Notes: generated by a model not told the origin, from the sequence alone. A DNA stretch of 62,786 nucleotides, filler included, from Psammoneis japonica (GCA_008632985.1; 4 parts of 4 records of this genome joined end to end with filler, not necessarily neighbours in it); one strand, 5' to 3'; counted from the whole stretch's first letter, positions 49,170-61,214 are shown. Translations and numbers: made by a program.

Positions 49170-49780
49170 GATAGAATGTGGTGCCGGGGCTGCTGTGACT
49201 TGGCATTGTTGTCCTTGTCTCTAAGTGCAGTGCTGCATTTGCAATTCGTTCAGCACACACTTCATCCTTTTCACCAGTGTCCACCTTTTCACACCGGCTG
49301 AACTTCAGTGATCTAGCAGAAATGACAAAAGCAACCTTAACATGGGACTCTTGAATTCACCAACAAGTCTTCGTGGTGGTGCAGACATCCTGGAAACAGT
49401 GTCATGGACGCTCACGTCAGGTCCACTTGGCACACTAAGTTCACGGGGTGCAGCTGCAAGTGTGGAGGTGCCCCTGACGTTGTATCGTCTCAAGGGTTTA
49501 GCTTTTTGGTTGGCTATGGATATTCGGTGCTCGCCATTGGAATAGCCATGACTCGAGCATTTGGAATCAACCTGGCAGATACGTCTTCTCCCTTGACGAG
49601 CGCTGTCATGTTTTATGGATTCCGTTTACTAGGCACGTATCTAGCGTTTCGCACCTTGACGGTGAACATCGAAACGGTTGGATCAAGAACAGCTTGAAAC
49701 GTGTGGGGGGCAAGAAGCATACGACAAGTGGAGGTCCGACGTTAGAGCGAAAATCTTTCCGTTTGTCAACAAAGAACAGA
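49170..49780 (+). pseudogene. Internally deleted duplicate of the DUF1295 gene at 35578-36618
   Basis: Colinear nucleotide match with ~420 bp missing (36088-36505), frameshifts and stop TAG->CAG. Flank similarity continues to ~49925. Confidence 0.92.
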
Positions 49781-50523
49781 AGGGAAACATCTCATATTTA
49801 TGACAATGTCATAGTTCTGGTTCGTAGTTCCAGTTTCATATAAATGATGATACTTTAGTTCTACTCTACCCCACCATTTTCTTATAGGCTAGCTAGAGAG
49901 ACACAAACCTCCATGAGCCTGGATCCTCTACAATAGACTCGTTGTGCCTATCAACCTGTGGAAAGACATGAACAACGAAGTTTGCACTTTTAGGTAATGA
50001 AGGAACCGATGATTCTTGGAAAGACAAGGATACAAAAACGCAACGCAAGGGCGTGAAGACCCGCAGGAAGGTAGACCACAACACCAGCGTAGCGCCAACC
50101 AAATCGATGCGGAGCACGGCTGTACGCCCTGCTTCTCTCTCAAAGATGTTAAAGTCTCTTTGATACCTCTGAGATCGAACTGCTGCTGTCACCATTTCAG
50201 CTGCGACAGATAGAACAACACTATCTCCTATTCTCTTGAGCTTGATGCGGGCGCCAGATGATTTGTCCGCTAAAAAACAATTTCGACCTGTGGACCCATC
50301 CGTCCAAGGAACAAGTCACTCAGTGGTCAAGATTTGGTCGTCCATCAACCTGAAACATAGGGTGCACCGGTGGCAGCTTCACAGCCATCAAAACAAGACG
50401 TTCAGCCCATTGTTGCGCAGTCCGTGGAGCTCTCTCTCTAGAGTGTAGCTCTAATCTTTCTTCCCTTACCAACAACTTGTCACTTTCACGATTCGATGAT
50501 GGCGGACACTCTCTGGTTCCAGA

Positions 50524-51198
50524 TCAAAGTTTCTGAACTTGAAAACTAGCTCGTGTTTGCAGCAGATCGTCTCTCGCAACACTCCATTGGTCTTTGTTGG
50601 CCTCCAGTAGGAACACATACAGCCGTTTGTTCAAAATCGTGGTTGAAACCAAAAAGATAGAATTGTCGGATGGAACGACCACATCGAATTCAAAGTAGAT
50701 ATCCGAACCATTTTTAGCTAAAGACCTGGTGTTGATAAGATTGCCTGACGAGAGTTTCTGTTTTAAGCCATCTCCAATCCGATCCCCAATGTCCAACGAT
50801 CTAGAAAGAGAAAAGGTGCCAACCATTGCCTTTTCCAGTCGTTCTGCGGTTGCAGTTCCTGTCTTTTGATACACAATGACTCGATTGCAGGCGGACGGTG
50901 GCGGTTCCTTGTACGTAATTCTAAAAGCCGAGCCCTGATGAGAACTGCTCAAGCCGTTGATTGCAATAGGAAACCCGCCTGTTTCTTTCTCATCCCATAA
51001 AAGCTCTACTGTTTTGCTTGCAACCGGCTGAGCAAGTAAGCCCCAGGAAGCTGCTCCAGCAGTGGCGACAAGGACATAACGGCGTTGAAGGAGCATGTTT
51101 CGGCATGTAGAAGTTTTAGATGCTCTGCTTTGCAGCCCATTGCTAACAGAACCACTCAGTGTCAATGCAGCTGTGAAGAATAAAACGAAGCGATACAT
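50524..51198 (-). CDS. PsbP-like thylakoid lumen protein
   Basis: Signal peptide, twin-arginine RRYVL lumen signal and C-terminal RLYVFLLEANKDQW...RASFQV. Confidence 0.65.
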   Translation of the reverse strand: MYRFVLFFTAALTLSGSVSNGLQSRASKTSTCRNMLLQRRYVLVATAGAASWGLLAQPVASKTVELLWDEKETGGFPIAINGLSSSHQGSAFRITYKEPPPSACNRVIVYQKTGTATAERLEKAMVGTFSLSRSLDIGDRIGDGLKQKLSSGNLINTRSLAKNGSDIYFEFDVVVPSDNSIFLVSTTILNKRLYVFLLEANKDQWSVARDDLLQTRASFQVQKL

Positions 51199-51357
51199 CC
51201 GAGCGGAGAATGTGCTTCAGTGATGTGAAGAGGCTGTTTGACTTGAAAGAGCTCTTGTCGTCGCGTTGTGCTGGGGCTTCGCGAGGACCGAACTCTAAGA
51301 CGGCGGTGCTGTCGCGTCGAAAACCTAACGACATTTGAAAAACGAAAACCGTTGGCC

Positions 51358-52143
51358 ATGAGCGTTTGCAGTGTCCGAAGTTTGGCGAAGGGCGATACGT
51401 TTCGATGTTCATGGGTGGCATCGGAGGACGACGCGTTGTCAGTGACTACTACAAACTCATCAGCTACTGTAAGGAGAAGCAACGTTTCAAAAAAAATGTC
51501 TGGCAATGCACAGCCGCAGCACCCCTGCGACTTGATTGAGGTTTGTGTTGGATGTCTGGAACCAATTTTACGATCTTTTTATGAGAGCAACCCTCAGACT
51601 TTGGTGTCTGCTGTGTCTGCTGTGAAAGGTTGTGTTGCTGGCACTCAAGATCTCAATGACAATGAGATCCTTGCGCGGTTCACCAGTGCTTTGCAAAACC
51701 TGCGCGATGCAGCTCCGGCAGCCGTGATCGACAACCCGGAACCCAAAAGCGGAGGTGATGATTCGAAATCCAAAAGCAGAGACAATGATTCCAAGCTCAA
51801 TCAGGAAATAAATGTGAACAAAGAAGGAGGTGATGAGGACGTGAGCGTTCTCAAAACTGAAGAATCCCCCAGTGCAGCAGTGTTGGGTCCCCCACGGGCT
51901 GCAGGAAGCTCTTCTGCTCGATCCTCAAGTGGCTTTTCTTTGGGCACAGCAAGTGCCACCTGTTTTGCCACTGATGCATCTTTTGAGGCTGAGATGGCTG
52001 AGTCGCGAGTCTTGTCAATTCTGAGTCCAATCCCAGTTCATCATCCCACGCAAGGTGCTGTTTTGTCTCAAGAGGAACAAATTGCTGCTTCGGAAAAGAA
52101 TCCACCTGCAAAAAAACAGAAGCGGGAGTGCACGAAACACTGA
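51358..52143 (+). pseudogene. Inverted duplicate of 37329-38108 carrying TpA mutations
   Basis: Same protein with YSW>CSW, QYPY>QHPC and VYV>VCV; frame still open. Confidence 0.8.
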
Positions 52144-52527
52144 AGAAGAACATTGGCATTGTCAATCCTGTGTGATCGTGGCCACCAAAACTTTTCTGGC
52201 GTGGCAAAATTGGCAACAATCACAACTCCAACTCGTTGGTGTCTTGCTGCCAGCAGCACGTTGCATTTGCACGCCATTTGGAGCCTGTTCAATTGCCACT
52301 GCTGTGGCTCTTTACTGCCAACAGTGGGGCCCTGTGCCTGAATCATGGGCATCGGAATCACCACAGGGAATCATCAGAACGCCGAGCAAGAAAACATTGA
52401 AGTGAACATTTTTTTCCAATGAGTTGCCGGAAACGGGTTGCTTGGTGACAACTTCTGTTGTGATGGGCCCGCCACCGCCCAACTCCATTGCCACCACCAC
52501 CCTTCCAGCAATGCATGCAATGCCTTT

Positions 52528-54770
52528 TTACAATTTGTCCAGCAAGTCACTGGGATCAGGAACCTTTTCACTCAAGCCTTTTTGGATCCGAGCTTGACGT
52601 GTGATCTCCTCCTCTTCATTCGATGGCACCATCTTCATGCCAGAGTGTGCACACGAGCAGTGAGCATGGCCCTTGGTGGCCAAGCACAAGGCATCGGCCA
52701 ATCCAAAGGAGCGTCATGCAGGCAAGGATGCTTGGAGTGAATTGGTTGTCACAGTGCTTTGAGTGTCCTCGATGGTGGCACCGCGTTCTCCTGGAACCGA
52801 GTGAACTCCATTCAACGTTCCAGCGGCTCCCAAAATTTCGGCTCGGCACATGGGTTCCACCAGATGTGGTTGCGCCAGCAAGAAGGCACCCTTCATGGCA
52901 CGAGCCGCAGCTGCCACCATCGAACCTGGACGATGGTGAACTGCATCTGAATGGAATTTGGTGTCCATCAAGTCGAATCAAACACCTCGCAAAGCCGAGT
53001 GGACCAGTGCGCCTTGGCGTGTAACTTGTTGAAAGGCCACAATGATGTTCTCTTTGGCATCTTGAGGGATCTGAAGACCAAAGGTCGAGTCCACCAAAAG
53101 ACAAGTGGGTTGACTGGCGTCGTTGTCTTCTTTCTTGTTGCCAAGTGGCTGGGGACCAACAGACCAGATTCAAGCATCATTGCTGCTCCAGCCAAAGTCA
53201 CTTGCCAGCCTTGATCCGAGTTGCTTGGGATTCAGACCCATCAAATCTCCTGACGCCATGGCTTCTGCCAAGTCTTCGCCCAGTGGAGAAGCCTTGATGT
53301 AGATGCGATTGTGCTTGTCATTGCTCTTGGCCAGTGCCACTTCCGAAGAATCTTCATGGACGGTCTCGTGACAGGCAATCATGGGTTCCGAAAGGACGAC
53401 TTCAATGCCCGTGCTGTCCACAACGGAAGATGCCAAAACTTGAATGTGCAACTCTCCGGCTCCCGCCAAAGTGCATTGTTCCATTTCAGGATCTCGGAAA
53501 AAGATGGCCGTCGAGTCGGCATTGACGACTCAATGCATTCCCGCCACCATCTTGGTGAGGTTTTTCTTGTCCTTGGGTTGAACCGAATGGTGCAAAATGG
53601 GAGTGACCGACAGAGTCATGTGTCGAATCAGTTGAGCATCTGGTGCACTTGCCAAAGTGCCCGACTTGTTCAACACTTGATCCAATCCTTCCAAGGCAAT
53701 CAATTGACCCACACTTGCCGAGGGAATGGCAAACATTTGTTCACCAATTCCACAAAGCTGGATTTGCTTGATTCTTGCTTGTCCTTCGCTGCCATCTGTT
53801 CTCAAGGCACGGACCACATCACCCGTCTGAATCGTGCCACCAAAGACGCATCCAAAGGCAAGCAGGTTTTTGCTCTTTTCACTGGCAGGTGCCATTTTGG
53901 AAATGCACACAATCAAGGGCGCTTCGGGATCGCAATCGGCAATTCCTTGACTGGAAGGGTCTTGAAGATCTCCCGAGCAGAGCAAAGGAGCTCGAAGACG
54001 CTGGGCTTGGACACTGGCAAAGGCACATGAGCAGCTGCCATGTCGACAATGGCATCGGCAGTGGGTGGCCAGGTCATCATGGCCTTCTTCAACAGCTTGC
54101 GAGGATCCAAAGTGGATGCGTCTTCGCCGTCTCTGAGAAGACGAATCCGAGACTTGGAAGGAACCAGCTTGGTCAAGGCCTTGGAGACAGTTTCCAAATT
54201 TTCTTCCGGTGTTGGTGTGTTGCCTGTCAAGGTGGGTAGAACTCCAGCGGCTCAGTTCATTTGGACAACAGGCCTCAAAATGTGCTTGATGAAATTCTCT
54301 CGCTTGGACAATGTTTTGTGAATGACTTGTTCGGAGGCAGAAGAATCTTCCTTTTGGAACAGGGGCAAGAACGAGTCGATGGAACAGCTCCATCCAAAGT
54401 GGCCACTTCCGAAACATGCCAATCCTTCTTCCAAGCTTGCACGTTGATCTGGGAAATTGTTGCGTTGATGTGTGGCAATGAATCCACCAATGTCCTGAAT
54501 GACAAGTTGAAGTCGATCATGAATCTCTTTGGGACTCAATTGTTGATCGACAATGAAGCGATCGACCTTGTTGATCATCAGAATGGGATGGACCCCTTCA
54601 CGAAGGCTTTGAATCAAGACTTGTTCTGTCTGGACGGCCTTGCCTTCGAGGGCATCCACCACCACCACCAAGGCTCCATCCAAGACACGCAAGGTGGCCG
54701 TGACTTCGGCATTGAACTCAATGTGGCCCGGCGAATCAATCAAGTTGACAGTCAACGGAACCATGGCAGC
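52528..54770 (-). pseudogene. Divergent eEF2-like translational GTPase, disrupted
   Basis: VNLIDSPGH, VQTEQVL, INKVDR, FGSG..GW, ISKM, KSGTL, AGAGELHI, ETV, KSNDKHNRIY, HSDAVH, EPM and the C-terminus LLDKL*. Several frameshifts and stops; G1 motif not found. Confidence 0.88.
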
Positions 54771-55314
54771 GTTGCCAACAAATTCTTTGTCAGATGACTC
54801 TTCCTCATTCTTGATCTTGTTGGACTCCCGTTGGGCTTCCTCGTCATTGGTGCTGTTGCTTCCGTGTTGTTGATTCCAGAAACAAAGGCACTCTTCCGCG
54901 GATGCCTTGCGAGCTTCGTGTCTCATTGCGCATCCATGGTGTTCTGGAGCCTGAATCAGCACTCCTCCCAACAACGGCCAATCTGCCATGCCACGTGAAT
55001 TGAGCTTCAAACCGCTGTGGAACCGTTTCTGGCTCGAGCTCCATCCACCAGTCGTGATGGAATGCGTTTGAGGAGGAAGGATGACTGGAGATGTCTCCTT
55101 TGTGTTCACTCCAAAAAGACAGTCTTCTCCAGATGCACGCAGCACCAAGCAAGTGTCCAAGGATTCGCAGTCCTTTGGACTGAAAAAAAAATTGAAGCAT
55201 TTTGCTCTGCTTGAAGCAAAACAGTGTCAAGTTGAGAACAAGGTTCGTGTTTCCCACCGCATCTATGAAGAAGCGTCCAAACTCTACACCAAAGGGCTCC
55301 TTGTAATGCACGAG

Positions 55315-55560
55315 TCAGAGTGACACCAATGGATGTCCCTGCAGTGCATCCAACCACACCCCACACAGTGCAGCCATGGCGAGCCCACGTCCCCCCTCTT
55401 GTTTGAACTGTCCGGCAAAGGTTGCAGCGGTGGCAGGTCCTCCAATGGCTGCATTGCTCGCGACCAAGACGTGTTTTATTTGCATCTTGATGCACATCAG
55501 TTGACTCAAAACAAAAGACCCAGCAATGCAACCCCAACATGCACCAGCAGCGCAAGCAAG
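55315..55560 (-). pseudogene. DUF819-like membrane protein fragment
   Basis: VLVASNAAIGGPATAATFA motif. Confidence 0.6.
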
Positions 55561-55679
55561 CTAAACACCAGGACACCCCCTTGTCCCTCTCATCGCGCAC
55601 ACACATCCCAGGATGAAACAAGTGCCTCAGATGATTCTACCTCCAACTTGGAGAAGTTGTGCCAGATGCCGGTTTTTTC

Positions 55680-58384
55680 TCATTTTTGCTGCAGCTGCAC
55701 TGGGGACCTGCTCCATCGAACACAGACAACCGATGGCTGCATCTGGCAGTGCAGCATCCTGTGCCAGCGACCTGCCATGGCAGGATGACTGATGGCAATG
55801 CTCCTTGACAGTGCGTCAAGTTTGCCTTGCTCAAAGACATTTCCCTTTAGATGCCGGTCTGGAGCATCCCTCTCTGGAGTCTTGTAACCAGCTGGCAAAA
55901 AGCCCGCAGAGGGTGCCAGCATTGACTGGCAATCATTGAGTTGGTTGATTGGCCAGTTGTTTGGACAACAAAGTGACCAGGTGGTGTCTGTGAAAGTGAC
56001 AGCTGCACTCTGATGGAAGGGATTCCATCCCTCATTGCAAGTGGTGTTGCACAAATCCATCAAGTTTCTGTGTGGCTTGTTCTGTGAGTTGTGGATGTGC
56101 TGCATCGTTTTGGCATTTCCACATGCCCTGAGGAATGTTGAGCAGCTGTTTGATCCAGTGTTGCACCCATTTGGCACCTGTTTTGTGGGAGGGGCACAGA
56201 ATCCATCAAGTTCCTGTGTGGCTTGTTCTGTGAGTTGTGGATGTGCTGCATTGTTTTGGCATTTCCACATGCCCTGAGGAATGTTGAGCAGCTGTTTGAT
56301 CCAGTGTTGCACCCATTTGGCACCTGTTTTGTGGGAGGGGCACAGACAGAAGTGTTTGTCTTGCAGTTGGGACCACTCTCTCATGAGACAGCCAAGTTTG
56401 CCTTGCTCAAACACATTTCCCTTTTAGATGCCGGTCTGGAGCATCCCTCTCCGGAGTCTTGTAACTGGCTGGCCAAAAGCCCACAGAGGGTGCCAGCATT
56501 GACTGGCAATCATTGAGTTGATTGATTGGTTGGTTGCTTGGATGACAAAGTGACCAGGTGGTGTCCGTGAAAGTGACAGCCACACTCTGATGGAAGGAAT
56601 TCCATCCCTCATTGGAATGGTGTTGCACGAATCCATCAAGTTCCTGAGTGGCTTGTTCTGTGAGTTGTGGATAATGTGCTGCATCATTTTGGCATTTCCA
56701 CATGCCTTGAGGAATGTTGAGCAGCTGTTTGATCCAGTGTTGCACCCATTTGGCACCTGTTTTGTGGGAGGAGCACAGACAGAAGTGTTCGTCTTGCAGT
56801 TTTGACCACTCTCTCACGAGACAGCCTTCCAGGAGCCTGTCCCACCCGACGATGCACTGGGAATGAATGGCTTGTCAAAGGATCAGACTGGCAAAGTTGT
56901 TGTGTGCAATGGGGATGTTTTGGTGCTTTCCATGCCTGAAGATGGCTCTGCATTGCTTGGGAAAACCCTGAACATCATGTTGTTGTTGTCCATCCATTTG
57001 ACACACATTTTCTGCAGCATTTCACTCCAGCCACTTTGCCATGGCTTTCAGGCATGCCAGAATGTGTTGGACATCTTCATCATCTTCTTCACAGCATGGG
57101 CAGTGGGAGCAGTCTTGCATCTTCCATCATTGGAGCCACTTGCCTGCCCCACAGATGCCAGTTGCATGTTTTGCGAGCCAGCGTCAGTGTCCGATTCCCA
57201 GTTGGTCAGCCACTTTGTCAATCGCTTCCTGGTCAACTTTTCAAATGCCCTGTCATGAGAAATGTTGTTTTTTGTGCACCTGGCAGTGAACCACTTTGGT
57301 GCCACAAGTGCAACCCAGCAGTCATTCCAGAAGTTTGGCGGACATTTTGCACTCACCTGTGCAGACCAACCACAGTTCATCCTTGATGTTGAGCTGTCTT
57401 GGGCCTGGATTTGATCAGGCAACCTCTTGCCATTTGGCTTTTGCAAGGTTGTCCATTTGCATGTCAAGTCTTGCCCATCAATCCAGTTTGCATCTTGCAT
57501 TTTCCGTCTTGATGCCTTTTCACCCACCCAAACTTCCACGTGAGTTTGCTTTGTTTTGGCTTGGTTTTTGCGGCACTCAGCAGGTCAAAGTTGTTGGAGC
57601 ACAGTGCAACATGTTTGTGGGAGTTGAACGTCTTGTTGAGTGCCTGATCCCCACCACATGCCACTTTGATCTGAGTTTGTTTTTTTCTGCTGAACGTCCT
57701 TTTGTTTTGCTGGGCCCCACTGCTGAGAATGGTGGGCACATGATGCACAAAGCAGCAGCCAAGCTAACCCAACAAGCATGACTCAGTTTCAGTGCTGCAA
57801 ATTCGCCGTTGGCATGCAACAGCCGGAAAGCATGGAAACCACCACACCATGGTGACTCTGCAGTTGCCATTTTCTCAATGGCATCACCTTCAAGAGCCAC
57901 AACAATCAACAATGTTTTGCAAGGAGTTGCCCCAATGCTCCAAAGGTCTTGCATGGCTTGTCCAGAAATTGACTGCTCACTCCAATTTCCAGTTTGTGTT
58001 TTTCAAGAAGCACACAGATGAGATCACCAGTGACAGTTTGTTGCTTGCCGTGTTTGACAAATGCTTTGATGTGTTTCTTGCACATGGCAAATTTGATTGA
58101 CTGGAAACCCAGACCTTGACTGACAACCCAAGGGAGTGAGCGGCACAATCCAGCTCTTGGGAGGCCATGTCAGAGAGCAGGAGCTTTGATGCATCTGCAC
58201 TTTTTGGAGTCAAGCGTGAGTGCCAGCAGTGGGCAATCAAGCACTTTCCACATTTTTTGTGTGAGAGAAAGCCATGCATCTGCTTTGGCGAGGTGGCCAG
58301 TGTGGACTTGGTCAGCCCATGCCTCCATTTGTTTGCACAGGGTTTTGACTGCTTTGTTGCAGTTGCCATCTGGGGCCAACCAAA
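55680..58384 (-). mobile_element. Decayed non-LTR retrotransposon (post-RT / RNase H region) with internal tandem duplications
   Basis: LAPDGN, ADAWLSLTQKMWKVLD[Y>C]PL and WVQHWIKQLLNI.QGMWK[Y>C]QN motifs. 55815-56200 is repeated at 56390-56780; 56053-56200 is repeated at ~56201-56345. Confidence 0.65.
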
Positions 58385-58484
58385 NNNNNNNNNNNNNNNN
58401 NNNNNNNNNNNNNNNNNNNNNNNNNNNNTTAATTAATTAANNNNNNNNNNNNNNNNNNNNNNNNNNNNNNNNNNNNNNNNNNNN

Positions 58485-59930
58485 ATCTCTTTTCCTCCCC
58501 CTTGAGGTTGTCAAGTGCAGCCTGAAGCACTGCCATGATGTGAAGTGCACGATGCCAAATGGACACATTTTTTCACAGTCGGCAGCCAGATTCTTGTCAT
58601 CCTGATCAGGCAACACTGACTTAAAGCCATGTGGATGATTGACAACAGCAGACAAAATGTCAAGCGCATCTTGTGCAACTGTCTTTACATCAACGTCATC
58701 TGGGTAACCAAGGTCGGTGCAAAAATGCTGTGCACTTGAGTCGAATCCCAACAGTGTGTCGAGTGCAATTTGTCACTGACAGAATCCAACTCTTCAACTG
58801 ACATCCCATCATCTCTTTTTCTTCAGAAAGATGTTGTTTCTTCTTTGCTTGTTGTGCTTTGTCACTGTTGAGTGTGTCTGGATCTGTGTTGGGTGGCATT
58901 TGGTGTGGTCAAGTGCAGTTCTTCCAAATTTTGTCTTGACAGATCCACTTTGCAGCCGCACTTCACAGAGTCATTGCCAGTTGCGCGTGGTGGACAAAGG
59001 TGCCAATGGGGCTTGCCAAATGGTGACAAAAAGAAACATTTGTTGTGAGTTTTCCACCCTTCTCAAGGCCACATGAGCACTCCGTTTTGCACAGATTCTC
59101 ACTTCGTCAGCAACAACATTGTTCTCCTTTGCAACATTTGAAATGCCCCGACACTTCCACACTGCTTCTTCAACTCTCTGCCCATGATTTGGACCCCCTC
59201 ATCATTGACATTGAATTTTGCATTGTGGTGCTCTGCCACTCTGCTGGCATCCATTGATTCTGAACGCAAGAATCCAAGAACAGCCAATGCATGTGTTTTG
59301 ATGCGAACAATTTTTGGACATCAGACATGATGGTTTTTTGCACTTCGGCCCTCAGGGAGCTTCGCAGGTGGGTTGGCAAGGTGGGCACAGGTTGCAGTGC
59401 CAAAAGCCAAGGATTTTCAAGAAGCTGTGAATGTCGTCGTTGAGCAACCAGGCACGTGACAATTCTCATTCTTTTTGTTTTCCCTCCAATGAAATGAACT
59501 TCAACTTGGTGACGTGTTGTGCTGTTCACACAGAAATCTGCACCAAATTTCGAACAATCAATTCCAGCCACAAGCCACACCCAACAAGGAACCTGCATCC
59601 AAGGATCCGGGATCTTTGTTGGATGCCGCACACTTGCAGCAGCAGCAGCAGGGACCTTTCTTCATTTCAAGATTTTTGCCTGGGTGTGGACAGACTGCAC
59701 ATCAAGCAGATTTTGCTTGCCGCACTCCATCACCATGCATACACAGGTGCTCACAATGATTGATCATGTTGTTTCCATGCGTGGTCCAGTCGGTGGTCGG
59801 CGGGTGTGGGATGACGAAGGTTCAACGCACCAGCAGTCACAAGATGGCGGTGGAGGCTGCACTTGTTCATCGCCTTGGCAAACTCAAGGCTTGGTTGGTT
59901 TCATCCATTTGGGATTCCCAAAATGGCAAG
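58485..59930. other. TpA/CpG-depleted degenerate block, unidentified
   Basis: Composition as in the other mutated blocks; no motif recognised. Confidence 0.5.
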
Positions 59931-60862
59931 GGTAAGGGGAATTGCCTTACCCTTTTTGGGAATACCGGGAAATGAGGGTTATTTAGCGGAGGAAGGAACG
60001 ACTGAAAGGGGTCAGGGGAAGGAACAAAAAATGAGTGCAGTGCGGTAATTCCCGTCTAATTTTGTATAGGCGGGTGTGCTGTTTTCCCACATTCAACCAG
60101 ATATATGATGCCGGTAGGAAAGCCACGCTCTGCCGCCGCGACCATGGACGGATGCATCGACAAATCGACATAACGGCCCTTATGGTGCAGTAAAGAAGAA
60201 TAAACTTTACCATTAAATCATACATATTAACATTGCCATATGCGGCTCTATTTTTGCTTAGCCTTTGCTCTAGAGCCGTTGTGGTTGCATTTGTGACCAC
60301 ACGACACAAGAAGGAAAGAATTGATGCACCGTATTCTGTACATCAGATAGGTCAAAGGGAAGAAGAAACATTGTCAAACAATCCGACACATTTTTATTAA
60401 CCATATAATTCTACTTTGCCTTATCCTTCACACTAGACGCCTCATGGCTTGCCTTTCGAATGCACGACAAAAGAGTGATCGAAACGATCTGTGACTATTG
60501 GACGTCTATTTATGCCTCGCGACATCTACGACATCCGATTATCAATATTCGATTTCTATGGCCCCAAATTGTTTACACGTACGGCCCCCAAATTGTTGAA
60601 GACATCTCAAACACTTATCGGAAAACACTTATTGAGACGTTCGTCTTCTCACCTTTTCGAAATTCAAAGTAATCACAATTAGTTCATCTGTGTTCATCAC
60701 AAGGCTAGTTGTCAACTTAGTTCTAATTAAACTATTAGCTCACACGCTTCCTCTGCGATAAAGTGTTCTTAATCGAACCAGCAACGTTCTCTCCGAACCA
60801 ACAAGATACGCCGTTTAACAAGAGGAGCACAAAGACGTGCTCAGGAACTTCAAGACCTCATT

Positions 60863-61113
60863 ATGGCGGACGCTGACGCGCTCGCTAACGCCATCGCACA
60901 AGCTGTCCAGGCGGCTGTCCAGCCGATTGTGAACAACATGCCTGCACCACCAGCAGCAGCTGCTCCAGGACCTTTCGCCAAGTCACCAGCGCTGGCCCGT
61001 GCAGACGTTTTGGACTACACCAAGAAAGGTGACGCGCTCGTTTTCGCAGACGCGACCAAGCCGTTGGACACCCAGTTCAGTCTTGAATCGCCCAACATCC
61101 CAGTCTTCCTAGA
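60863..61113 (+). mobile_element. Start of a CoDi-like Copia gag ORF, truncated by gap
   Basis: Ala/Pro-rich N-terminus then FAKSPALARADVLDYTKKGDALVFADATKPL, resembling the FA.TP.....LDY....G...Y..AT..L start of diatom Copia gag. LTR presumably upstream but not delimited. Confidence 0.55.
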
Positions 61114-61214
61114 ANNNNNNNNNNNNNNNNNNNNNNNNNNNNNNNNNNNNNNNNNNNNTTAATTAATTAANNNNNNNNNNNNNNNNNNNNNNNNNNNNNN
61201 NNNNNNNNNNNNNN

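Noticed and set aside
12600..59900. Dense overlapping Cys/His-rich ORFs on both strands as novel metal-binding proteins
   Set aside because: Loss of TA removes TAA/TAG stops and creates TGY/CAY codons, so long Cys/His-rich frames arise as an artefact.
20..59900. Alternative genetic code or CpG decay alone explaining Tyr->Cys/His
   Set aside because: Adjacent host genes use Tyr normally, paired copies show actual TA->TG/CA base changes, and CpG deamination cannot remove TA.
29075..61214. TTAATTAATTAA motif repeated three times
   Set aside because: Always centred in N runs; it is an artificial scaffold linker.
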